Origin: Pecten maximus
Lineage: Eukaryota
Assembly (NCBI RefSeq): GCF_902652985.1
Contig: NC_047030.1
Location: 3,658,001-3,722,000 of the forward strand
Length of the DNA: 64,000 bases
Direction of reading: 5' to 3'
How positions within the stretch are numbered: position 1 is the stretch's first letter; every line of letters starts with the position of its first letter. Below, piece by piece: positions 13,791 through 26,775 of this stretch. The translations under genes and the position numbers were made by a program. The notes below the pieces were generated by a model. It ran no database searches, was not told the origin of the DNA, and saw nothing but the letters and a program-made list of their open reading frames with translations.

Positions 13791-16700
13791 TCTATAGGTA
13801 CTATATTCATACTCTATAGGTACTATATTCATACTCTATAGTTACTATATTCATACTCTATAGGTACTATATTCATACTCTATAGGTACTATATTCATAC
13901 TCTATAGGTACTATATTTATACTCTATATGTACTATATTTATACTCTATAGGTACTTTATTCATACTCTATAGGTACTATATTCATACTCTATAGATACT
14001 ATATTCATACTCTATAGGTACCATATTCATACTCTATAGTTACTATATTCATACTCTATAGGTACTATATTCATACTCTATAGGTACTATATTCATACTC
14101 TATAGGTACTATATTTATACTCTATAGGTACTTTATTCATACTCTATAGGTACTATATTCATACTCTATAGGTACTATATTCATACTCAATAGGTACCAT
14201 ATTCATACTCTATAGGTACCATATTCATACTCTAAAGGTACTACATTCATAGTCTATATGTAGTATATTCATACTCTATAGGTACTATATTCATACTCTA
14301 TATGTAGTATATTCATACTCTATAGGTACTATATTCATACTCTATAGGTACTATATTCATACTCTATAGATACTATATTCATACTCTATATGTACTATAT
14401 TCATACTCTATAGATACTATATTCATACTCTATATGTACCATATTCATACTCTATAGATACTATATTCATACTCTATAGGTACTATATTCATACTCTATA
14501 TGTACTATATTCATACTCTATAGGTACTATATTCATACTCTATAGGTACTATATTCATACTCTATAGGTACTATATTCATACTCTATAGGTACTATATTC
14601 ATACTCTATAGGTACTATATTCATACTCTATAGGTACTATATTCATACTCTATAGGTACCATATTCATACTCTATAGGTACCATATTCATACTCTAAAGG
14701 TACTACATTCATACTCTATATGTAGTATATTCATACTCTATAGGTACTATATTCATACTCTATATGTAGTATATTCATACTCTATAGGTACTATATTCAT
14801 ACTCTATAGGTACTATATTCATACTCTATAGATACTATATTCATACTCTATATGTACTATATTCATACTCTATAGATACTATATTCATACTCTATATGTA
14901 CCATATTCATACTCTATAGGTACTATATTCATACTCTATAGGTACTATATTCATACTCTATAGATACTATATTCATACTCTATAGGTACTATATTCATAC
15001 TCTATAGGTACTATATTCATACTCTATATGTACTATATTCATACTCTATGGGTACTATATTCATACTCTATAGGTACTATATTCATACTCTATAGGTACT
15101 ATATTCATACTCTATAGGTACCATATTCATACTCTATAGGTACTATATTCATACCCTATAGGTACTATATTCATACTCTATAGGTACTATATTCATACTC
15201 TATAGGTACTATATTCATACTCTATATGTACTATATTCATACTCTATAGGTACTACAATGTAAATTCATACTCTATAGGTACTATATTCATACTCTATAG
15301 GTACTATATTTATACTATATAGGTAATATATTCATACTCTATAGGTACTATATTTATACTATATAGGTAATATATTCATACTCTATAGGTACTATATTCA
15401 TACTCTATAGGTACTATATTCATACTCTATAGGTACTATATTCATACTCTATAGGTACTATATTCATACTCTATACATATGTAGGTACTATATTCATACT
15501 CTATAGGTACTATATTCATACTCTATAGGTACTATATTCATACTCTATAGGTACTATATTCATACTCTATAGGTACCATATTCATACTCTATAGGTACTA
15601 TATTCATACTCTATAGGTACTATATTCATACTCTATATGTACTATATTCATACTCTATAGGTACTATATTCATACTCTATAGGTACTATATTCATACTCT
15701 ATAGGTACTATATTCATACTCTATAGGTACCATATTCATACTCTACAAGTACTATATTCATACTCTATATGTACCATATTCATACTCTATGGGTACTATA
15801 TTCATACTCTATAGGTACTATATTCATACTCTATAGGTACTATATTCATACTCTATAGGTACTATATTCATACTCTATGGGTACTATATTTATACTCTAT
15901 AGGTACTATATTCATACTCTATAGGTACTATATTCATACTCTATGGGTACTATATTCATACTCTATAGGTACTATATTCATACTCTATACATATGTAGGT
16001 ACTATATTCATACTCTATAGGTACCATATCAATACTCTACAAGTACTATATTCATACTCTATAGGTACCATATTCATACTATATATGTACCATATTCATA
16101 CTCTATAGATACTATATTCATACTCTATAGGTACTATATTTATACTCTATAGGTACCATATTCATACTCTATAGATACTATATTTATACTCTATAGGTAA
16201 TATATTCATACTCTATATATACTATATTCATACTCTATAAGTACTATATTCATACTCTATATGTACTATATTCATACGCTATAGGTACTATATTCATACT
16301 CTATATGTACTATATTCATACGCTATAGGTACTATATTCATACTCTATATGTACTATATTCATACTCTATAGGTACTATATTTATACTCTATAGGTAATA
16401 TATTCATACTCTATATATACTATATTCATACTCCATATATACTATATTCATACTCTATATGTACTATACATACTCTATATGTACTTTATTCATACGCTAT
16501 AGGTACTATATTCATACTCTATATGTACCATATTCATACTCTATAGGTACTATACATACTCTATATGTACTATATTCATACTCTATATGTACCATATTCA
16601 TACTCTATAGGTACTATATTCATACTCTATATGTACTATATTTATACTCTATAGGTACTATATTCATACTCTATATGTACTATATTCATACTCTATAGGT

Positions 16701-17153
16701 ACTATATTCATACTCTATATGTACTATATTCATACTCCATAGATACTATATTCATACTCCATAGATACTATATTCATACTCTATAGGTACTATATTCATA
16801 CTCTATATGTACTATATTCATACTCTATAGGTACCATATTCATACTCTATAGGTACTATATTCATACTCTATAGGTACTATATTCATACTCCATAGATAC
16901 TATATTCATACTCTATAGGTACTATATTCATACTCTATATGTACTATATTCATACTCTATAGGTACCATATTCATACTCTATAGGTACTATATTCATACT
17001 CTATAGGTACTATATTCATACTCTATAGATACTATATTCATACTCTATAGATACTATATTTATACTCTATAGGTACTATATTCATACTCTATAGGTACTA
17101 TATTCATACTCTATAGGTACTATATTCATACTCTATAGGTACTACATACTCTA
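13791..17153. repeat. 22-bp satellite (CTATAGGTACTATATTCATACT), about 150 copies
   Basis: Period 22 over 3.36 kb. Confidence 0.99.
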
Positions 17154-18454
17154 CAGTAACTATTTTAGGGCTATACGGGTACTATGAGGGCTCTAGCGTG
17201 ATATGCGCATTTTGAAGGTGATACTTACTAGAGTGTTGATACCAGTGTAGTATTACCGTGACCTTCGTCAAGGTGGTGGCAGACATACCGAGGTCGTTTG
17301 TCCTCCATCCGGGCTCACCTTACCCAGTATCTTAACATATCATCACCTTACCCAGTATCTTAACGTCACCTTCATCGCTTCTCTCGTGACATCCCGTCCC
17401 TGGTTCATGGAGTCCAGGTCTAATACCGCACCAATCGATATTGTATAGCTTGTATTTATTTCTTTACTTATGTTAAAACTTTAAAAAAAAAACAAGCATA
17501 TTATAGACGATATTCTGCAGGATTACAAATTACCAATGGTACCAGCCAACCATGTCCGGTATGTTTGATACGGAATGGTGTGGCTTATATCAGTTAAAAA
17601 AGTGTTCTTTAATATTTTAAAGGGGTGACGTCGTTTATATTAATAAAAACATGTGTATTTAGGATATGTAAGGGGACGACATCGCTTATATCAACTTAAC
17701 ATGTGCCTTTGTGACTTATAAATTTCGACGTCGCTTCCATCAGTAAAAAAAACATGTACCCTTTAAATATTAAAAAGTATACTTACAATATTTAAAGGTT
17801 TAGGGCCTCTTATATCAGCTTAATAACCTGCCTTTAAGGTATTTAAAGATTACAATGGAATGCATATTAAAGTATTTCAAAAAATTTTTACAGACTTTAA
17901 AAAGCATCATTAAAGTAAATGATAAATGTCACCCTAACAGAGATGGCAAACCAATTGTTAACGAAGTGATCATAGATATTAATTGATAACATAGAAAAAA
18001 AAATATGTATATGAAAAATATATTTTTGTTCGCCACCAATAATAAAAAAAGACAATCATGGATGTGGTGTCAACCAAACGAATAGAGACATTAATGTCTT
18101 ACCCGCAGGATGGTTTACACAAATACTCAAATGATAATATCGAAATAACGTTTATAATCTACAATGTGATTGGTTAATTGTTGTTTTGTAAGGACGTCTG
18201 ATTTCTAAATCTATGCCAATTGTTTACATAGTACATGCAAAGTTAATACAGTTGTAATTATGACACTTTGCTGATTAAGTCAGTTCTACAGACCTGGCAC
18301 TGGAAGTATATGTCGGTAAAGTCAGGTTTGGGGAGAGTAAGATTTTACTGGTCAATAAAGTCAGGTGTAGAAATCACTGGTCGATAAAGGCAGGTGTAGA
18401 AATCAAGTTGTTTTTTTCTGGACGTACAAAGATAAGTTATAGAGACGGGACGCC

Positions 18455-19130
18455 TTGTCGATAAAGTTACTGTAGGTGTAGAAATCAAAAGTTTTATTGG
18501 ACGATAAAGTTAGGTGTCAGAAAACAAAGGTTTTACTGGACGATAAAGTTAGGTGTTAGAAAACAAAGGTTTAACTGGACGATAAAGTTAGGTATTAGAA
18601 AACAAAGGTTTTTACAGGACGATAAAGTTAGATGTTAGAAAACAAAGGTTTAACTGGACGATAAAGTTAGATGTTAGAAAACAAAGGTTTTTACAGGACG
18701 ATAAAGTTAGGTGTTAGAAAACAAAGGTTTTACGTGACGATAAAGTTAGGTGTTAGAAAACAAAGGTTTTACTGGACGATAAAGTTAGGTGTTAGAAAAC
18801 AAAGGTTTTTACTGGACGATAAAGTTAGGTGTTAGAAAACAAAGGTTTAACTGGACGATAAAGTTAGGTGTTAGAAAACAAAGGTTTTATTGGACGATAA
18901 AGTTAGGTGTTAGAAAACAAAGGTTTAACGTGACGATAAAGTTGGATGTTAGAAAACAAAGGTTTAACGTGACGATAAAGTTGGATGTTAGAAAACAAAG
19001 GTTTAACTGGACGATAAAGTTAGGTGTTAGAAAACAAAGGTTTTATTGGACGATAAAGTTAGGTGTTAGAAAACAAAGGTTTTACTGGACGATAAAGTTA
19101 GATGTTAGAAAACAAAGGTTTAACTGGTCG
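18455..19130. repeat. 39/40-bp tandem repeat (GGACGATAAAGTTAGGTGTTAGAAAACAAAGGTTTTACT), about 17 copies
   Basis: Direct inspection. Confidence 0.97.
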
Positions 19131-19239
19131 AACAAAGGTAAGTTATACAGAGATTGCATGATGTCTATAAAATCAGGTTTCAATAAAGTAAGGTTTTATT
19201 TCAAATAAAAAGGAAAAGTATAGGAACATGGAATAATAC

Positions 19240-20128
19240 CGGTAAAGACAGATGTCGGTAAAATCAGGTGTCGGTAAAGTCAGGTGTCGGTAAAGACAGA
19301 TGACGTTAAAGCCAGGTGTCGGTAAAGTCAGGTGTTGGTAGAGTCAGGTGTCGGTAAAGACAGATGTCGGTAAAGACAGATGACGGTAAAGTCAGGTGTC
19401 GGTAGAGTCAGGTGTTGGTAGAGTCAGGTGTCGGTAGAGTCAGGTATCGGTAAATACAGATGACGGTAAAGCCAGGTGTCGGTAAAGACAGATGTCGGTA
19501 GAGTCAGGTGTCGGTTAAGTCATGTGTCGGTAAAGACAGATGTCGGTAAAGTAAGGTGTCAGTAAAGTCAGGTGTCGGTAAAATGAGGTGTCAGTAAAGT
19601 CAGGTGTCGGTAAAGTGAGGTGTCAGTAAAGTGAGGTGTCGGTAAAGTGAGGTGTCAGTAAAATCAGGTGTCGATAAAGTGAGGTGTCGGTAAAGACAGA
19701 TGTCGGTAGAGTCAGGTGTCGGTAAAGTCAGGTGTCAGTAAAGTCATGTGTCAGTTAAGTCAGGTGTCGGTAAAGACATATGTCGGTAAAGTCAGGTGTC
19801 GGTAGAGTCAGGTGTTGGTAGAGTCAGGTGTCGGTAGAGTCAGGTATCGGTAAAGACAGATGACGGTAAAGCCAGGTGTCGGTAAAGACAGATGTCGGTA
19901 GAGTCAGGTGTCGGTAGAGTCAGGTGTTGGTAGAGTCAGGTGTCGGTAGAGTCAGGTGTCGGTAAAGACGTATGACGGTAAAGCCAGGTGTCGGTAAAAT
20001 CAGATGTTACTTTACATATAAAGTGACCTTATATGGACATGACAGTATTTCGATAACGGCAGGTGTCGGTAGAGTCAGGTGTTGGTAGAATCAGGTGTCG
20101 GTAGAGTCAGGTGTTGCTAAAGTCAGGT
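19240..20128. repeat. 16-bp tandem repeat (GTCGGTAAAGTCAGGT), about 50 copies
   Basis: Direct inspection; one interruption at about 20005-20060. Confidence 0.97.
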
Positions 20129-20621
20129 TTTACTTTCCGTACAAAGGTGCTTTATAATGACATGACAGTATATTCGTCATGACCGATTTTGGTATAGCCA
20201 AGTTTTACTAAACCGTAAAAAAGTAAAATATTGCGACATGTCTCCACTATCTGAAGTTACAAATACATATGAGTATTGCATAATACAAAAACAGCGTGTA
20301 GACTCATTCAACCAAAGTTTCACAATCGTCCTAGAAGTCGACCTTTAGTATTTTTTTGTCAAAATACTGTTAGTCATAACATATTAGAAGTGAACTGATC
20401 TTCCTACTTATCATGTGTTGTTTCCGATTCTGCTTCAGTTACTAGTATAATATAATTCAGGTGAGGAAAACGCTATCTGCTTAATGCCGTAATAAGTTTA
20501 TTCTTTTTTCCTTTTAAAAAATTTTTTTTTTGTGTGTTTATAAAAATTGAAGAAAACTTGGCATGCCTAGTGAAAGAGGCTTCACAGCCAGGATTTAGAT
20601 TGAACATATTCAGTAGGATAC

Positions 20622-21021
20622 GTCTCGGCTAAGTCTCGGCTAAGTCTAGGATAAATTCCGGGCTAAGTCTCGGCTAAGTCTCGGGCTAAGCCTCGGCTAA
20701 GTCTCGGGCTAAGTCTCGGCTAAGTCTCGGGCTAAGCCTCGGCTAAGTCTCGGATAAGTCTCGGATAAGTCTCGGGCTAACTCTGCTAAGTCTAGGCTAA
20801 GTCTCGGATAAGTCTCGGGCTAAGCCTCGTTTAAATCTCGGATAAGTCTCGGGCTAAGTCTCTGCTAAGTCTAGGCTAAGTCTCGGGCTAAGTATCGGCT
20901 AATACTGGGGCTAAGTCTCGAGCTAAGTCTCGGGCTAAGTCTGGGTTAAGTCTCGGGCTAAGTCTAGGCTAAGTCTCGGGCTAAGTATCGGCTAAGTCTC
21001 GGCTAAGTATCGGGCTAAGTC
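20622..21021. repeat. 11/12-bp tandem repeat (GCTAAGTCTCG[G])
   Basis: Direct inspection. Confidence 0.95.
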
Positions 21022-21524
21022 AATGTCGGTGGTGGCTAGACCGGTTGTTGGATAAACTAGGGCGGTGATCAGTTGCTTAGATATGTCATTAAAAGAGAAT
21101 CGCGCCTCTATCAAATCAATACACAGGAGATATTCTCTCCATTTAAAACACTGAATATTGAGACTTTCCAGCTGATAGCATAGTTAATATATAGTGATAC
21201 AGCCGTTGTTGGTTATTAACATGTGTATGCATAATTCAACTGTCACTTTTCGTTGGTTAACCACGCCATCTGCATAACGCGAAATCCAAGGATTAACCAT
21301 AGTATCTGTTGAATCCTTCACCCAGTCACACTCATACCCTTGTCCTTCAGGGTTATTGGTATCGCGGTTTTACATAGTATTTCCTATAACATTATCTGTT
21401 TTCACTTACCTTAACACTTGGTGAACACCTTGATATGATAAGGTTAGAGAAATTTATCTCGATAAAATGAAACTAAATCTGACAGAAGATGAAAATCTTT
21501 ATACCATTGGTACAACTAATAACT

Positions 21525-22194
21525 CTGAGATTATACAAAGGGCTTGTCTGAGAGTATACGAAGAGCTTGTCTCAGATTATACTTCGAGCTTGTCTGAGAT
21601 TATACATGTACGAAGAGCTTGTCTGAGATTATATAAAAGGCTTGTCTGAGATTATACGAAGAGCTTGTCTGAGAGTATACGAAGAGCTTGTCTGAGATTA
21701 TACATGTACGAAGAGCTTGTCTGAGATTATACATGTACGAAGAGCTTGTCTGAGATTATACATGTACGAAGAGCTTGTCTGAGATTATATAAAAGGCTTG
21801 TCTGAGATTATACGAAGAGCTTGTCTGAGAGTATACGAAGAGCTTGTCTGAGATTATACGAAGAGCTTGTCTGAGATTATACGAAGAGCTTGTCTGAGAT
21901 TATACGAAGAGCTTGTCTGAGATTATACGAAGGGCTTGTCTCAGATTACACGAAGAGCTTGTCTGAGATTATATAAAAGGCTTGTCTGAGATTATACGAA
22001 GAGCTTGTCTGAAATTATACGAAGAGCTTGTCTGAGATTATACGAAGAGCTTGTCTGAAATTATATAAAAGGCTTGTCTGAAATTATACGAAGAGCTTGT
22101 CTGAGATTACACGAAGAGCTTGTCTGAGATTATATAAAGGGCTTGTCTGAAATTATACGAAGAGCTTGTCTGAGATTATACGAAGAGCTTGTCT
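21525..22194. repeat. 23-bp tandem repeat (GAGCTTGTCTGAGATTATACGAA) with 29-bp variants
   Basis: Direct inspection. Confidence 0.97.
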
Positions 22195-22542
22195 ATAGTC
22201 ATCAGAACTAAGGAGTGTGAGCCTCCATCCAGTATATCCTGATGTTATACTTATATTTTCAAACCGTTACGTATCTTTGTATATATATTGCCAACCAATT
22301 ACTTAATTAGAAATGTGCGGTAAATATTTGACTTCTGGCATGATTTGTACCTAAATAAAACAGCATTTGGGGTTTAATTTATTGAGAGAAGACCACATCA
22401 GATTGATATGGTACAGCATTTTAACGTTTTCTACATCATGGAGATGCATATAAAAAGGGCTTTAGTATTGATCCCTGTTGAAAACCTGTCGTTTGTTACA
22501 TTCGTTAACCTGGGTTGAACAGACAGAAATGTTTTGATGTGT

Positions 22543-22665
22543 GAGAAAACCGGGGTAGCCAGAAAACCCCACTTGGCCGGACAGGTGAACCCATACCTTG
22601 TCATGTCTAACCGGGGAATTCAACCCGGTCGGCTAGATCAAATGCGAGTGTGTTGCCACTGCCCC
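22543..22665 (-). mobile_element. Degenerate tRNA-SINE fragment
   Basis: The minus strand has a B-box-like GGGTTGAATTCCC and a V-core-like GGGTTTTCTGGCTACCCCGGTTTTCTC. Confidence 0.55.
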
Positions 22666-23685
22666 AAGTTTATGTGAAGAGAGATGCGACATGTGTGCCA
22701 TTTGATATTCTCAATACTTTGTTCCCGTACAATAAAGATGTATTAATTCGCTAAAACATAGAAAGACGTGACGGATTTCACTAGAACATTAACTCAGATA
22801 CTCCCCAGATCTACAAAATCAACGATACATTGATCCTGATTAATTCTATTAGTTTTCATTGTCTTTGTTGATTAGCCTTGTCATAAAATCAAAATTTAAT
22901 TGAAATGTCAAAACATACTTTGCACTTGTTTGAATTGTATGATAACCAGAAATATAAAAATCATTAAAGTGGATAACATGTAGATATTCACACCAGCAGG
23001 CCATGGTAACAGCTGTTCGACTAAGATCCAATATGGACCCTGTTTTAGTGTGCCGTATATATTATTATTAATGACCATCATGTGGAAAACACATTGAAAT
23101 GTATACATGCGTCAAGCTTAATATGAATAGACTTGTATGATTAAATCAAAAGTGTAACTTCACCTAAATCATCAAAATACTGTAACATTTAAAAACAAAT
23201 GACCTAGTTTAAGGTTTTAATGTCTCCATGAAAGTTGCGACGGAAATTCACAAATGGCTTCCAACTTACGTTCGTCATCAGAAGAAACATGTAACCTATA
23301 TAAAAGTAGTCATGTTCCTGTATAAAAACAAACTGATGAAACAATTTGATTCAATGCATAAATATTCGGGGAAAGGTATTGTCGGACATACTCCCCCAAG
23401 ATCCGCTATCGTATATACCTAATTTTAGACACTTCTTTTATCTTTTCGGCGGTCTCGATCCATCTGAAGATTCTTTATTGAGGGGAGGAAGGATTCCAAA
23501 TGGATAAAAATGACAACAAAAAAGAATACCGACATTATAAAGAAACCATAATTCAAACTCAAAATCAAATAAACGAGGTAAAAGCATAAACAGAAATATC
23601 TATTTTCATTGAGAGTCATGAAAAAGTAAAAGATGGCGAAGACCAGGTGTTCCGGAGGTATAAGCGTCTTCTGCTTCATCGACGG

Positions 23686-24218
23686 CACCCGTCATACAAA
23701 TCTAGGTCACTACGATATCCGCCATATAAAGCTAGGTCACTACGACACCCGCCATATAAATCTAGGTCACTACGATATCCGCCATATAAATCTAGGTCAC
23801 TACGACACCCGCCATACAAATCTAGGTCACTACGATACCCGCCATACAAATCTAGGTCACGGCGACACCCGCCATACAAATCTAGGTCACGGCGACACCC
23901 GCCATACAAATCTAGGTCACGACGACACCCGCCATACAAATCTAAGTCACGACGACACCCGCCATACAAATCTAGGTCACGACGACACCCACCATAAAAA
24001 TCTAGGTCTCGACGACACCGGCCATACAAATCTAGGTCTCTACGACACCCGCCATACAAATCTAGGTCACGACGACACCCGCCATACAAATCTAGGTCAC
24101 GATGACCCCGGCCATACAAATCTAGGTGACGACGACACCGCCATACAAATCTAGGTGACGACGACACCGCCATACAAATCTAGGTCACGACGACACCCGC
24201 CATACAAATCTAGGTCAA
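23686..24218. repeat. 30-bp tandem repeat (ACCCGCCATACAAATCTAGGTCACGACGAC), about 18 copies
   Basis: Direct inspection; 10-aa periodicity in the ORF track. Confidence 0.97.
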
Positions 24219-24345
24219 ATCCCGGTTAACTCAAAATCAGGATGGCGAAAACGGAACCACTAGGTGTGAAAATAAAATACGTTTGACTTCATATCACAAT
24301 AGAATATTTCCAAATGAGACCATGATGTCAACTATAAAAAGTTAC

Positions 24346-24582
24346 CGTGATCTTCGTCAACCTTGACCTCTCGGAACCCCGTGATCTTCGTCAACCTGGA
24401 CCTCTCGGAACCCCGTGATCTTCGTCAACCTGGACCTCTCGGAACCCCGTGATCTTCGTCAACCTTGACCTCTCGGAACCCCGTGATCTTCGTCAACCTG
24501 GACCTCTCGGAACCCCGTGATCTTCGTCAACCTGGACCTCTCGGAACCCCGTGATCTTCGTCAACCTGGACCTCTCGGAACC
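24346..24582. repeat. 34-bp tandem repeat (CGTGATCTTCGTCAACCTGGACCTCTCGGAACCC), 7 copies
   Basis: Period 34, near-perfect copies. Confidence 0.97.
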
Positions 24583-26775
24583 ATGTGTTTTGTATGCATA
24601 TCTTCGCCCAAGTTTTAACGGCGGGATGCAGATGGGTAAAGGATACATTTTCAATATTTCCCCTAAAAATAGAATTATGGTTCTTAATATACCGATACGA
24701 GGAGGTGAATCAAAGGTATCAAAAATATCTATAGTTATGATAAAAATGAACTCTCCTATACTGAAATGGTCATTTATGTGGCTAATGTAATGGAATAGAA
24801 GACAAAATCTCAGAAAGTCAGAAATCGATCTACCAAAGCACTGTACTTATAGAGCTGTTCGTTTATTCATTAAATACAAATAGATCATGTATTAAAATTT
24901 AAATATTATGATAAGTTAACATCTGGAGTCGAGTTCATCTCCAAGAACAAACCAGAAATACACCAGGGTTCTTCTCCAAACGATTTGGATTGATGCGTAA
25001 ATATTTGCAGTTTATACTCAGACAAGTCTATCGACCGGCGGTATGTTGACTTTACTGAGAACATCTCCGATGATCTGGTCCTGTCTATTCTTGATGTCAT
25101 CTATATACAAAACAGCCAATCTCATTGCTCCCATTAACAATATTTGACAGTATACTGTTACGTGGATTTTAAATAATATGTACTAAATGTTTTAGTGATG
25201 TTTGAGCAATGTACAATTTCTTAATGGAATGGAATATTAAATTTCACATTTCCGCTTTAGAATTCACCTAGAACAACCAGTATCGACCAACTGTAAGGAG
25301 CTGTATAATACATTATCAGTCAACAGCCCAAACTATTTCCCCGGTTTGTTGGGAATAGTCCGATGAACTGTTTCCCGACACCGCAGACCGGGAAACAGCT
25401 CACTGAGGAGCACGTGTTAACGCGGTGGTTAACAGTATTGACTAATAACCGGCTTTTGCTACGGTTTTCTGGCAATTTTCCTGGAAACAGTCGAAAGTAC
25501 TCTTTACATTTGCATAGAGAGTCAGATAACAGTATTGCATGTTTTGTGACGACAGTATCAAAATGATGATTTTGGTTACAAGATGGCGCAGTGGATAGCG
25601 CAATAGCTTGTACATGTACATCCATATTAGTTTAAAAACAGCTTTTATACTGTCAACAAAAACGTGATTTATAAAATATTATTTAATGATTGGTATGAAA
25701 ATACATGAATTTCATTTCTATCTTATTATAATGATGTCACACAGTAACTGGGTGAGTTTCCTTGCAGTGTATCAGCACTAAGCATTGTTACACTGTTATA
25801 TGTACACGTGTTAGAGATATTGATCTTCTACAAATGCATTTGATATTATAACTAACCTTTTTCTACATATGTAGGCGACAAAGATGTATAACTGTCACTC
25901 TGACAAACAATAAATATATCACAGTCGTGATCATAATACTCCAAATAGTCTCAGACAGTCGAGTCCAACATATGGGTAAAGCCATGTAAACGTGTCGGTT
26001 TGTTGGGGGTACATTTTCAACTACTTTGCAAAAGCCGATAGCATATTAATTTCCATCGTGTATAGTAAATCGTTGATACATGGTCCCTTATTTATACAAA
26101 AAGGTAAAGCATTAATTAATTACATTTTATCAGTAAAATATCGAAAATAATTCATTCTATAAAAGTGATATTTTTCACTCTTCACTTTTTCTCGTATATT
26201 CCCACTAGTGAAAAACTATTACTTTATCTGATTTCACTAAACAAAACACTGCTTACAAACGACATTTGCAAAAAACAAAAGCTTTTTGTTATCAAATTTA
26301 ATAAAAAGAATATATAACCGTAACTTCAGTAATACCAAATATCTCACTCGTGTGGCTATTTCAGAAATATTTTTCACGTCTGCTGCGCAAAATGTCCCAC
26401 TCGTGAATACTGAAGATACTGTTAGATATCCTCATTATATCATTATAAAGCGAAGAACATTGATATATTATTATAAAATCATATTTTTCTCACTTTCTGA
26501 TTCTGAAATTACTATCAGGTGATTCACGATAGTCGTATTTATGAACCGGGTAAGTAACAGCTAGGTGTTTCTAAAAATAGATAATTAATTATGTCCCCTT
26601 GATATTATCCAAAATGTCACATATTATGGACGCGACTAAAACATAGACAAGTCATAACTGTGAATGTTTGAATTAACTATTTATAAATTAGTGTATTGGG
26701 TGTGTTCTACTGTGCAAGTTTAATGTTTTGATTGTGTGGTGTCGAGATCTAATAATTATATAATAACAAAATACC

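Noticed and set aside
23633-24173. ORFs resembling SR/protamine-like (RHPPYKSRSR) or His/Asp-rich proteins
   Set aside because: Translations of a 30-bp VNTR attached to a dispersed repeat; frameshifting 29-bp units occur near the end.
8168-24582. Regular arrays superficially like CRISPR
   Set aside because: Head-to-tail repeats without unique spacers, no cas genes, and a eukaryotic context.
26110-26455. Possible degenerate DNA-transposon remnant (CCCACTAGTGAAAA / CCCACTCGTGAA motifs); a similar case lies at about 42180-42460
   Set aside because: Looks repeat-like, but termini and TSD could not be defined within this window.
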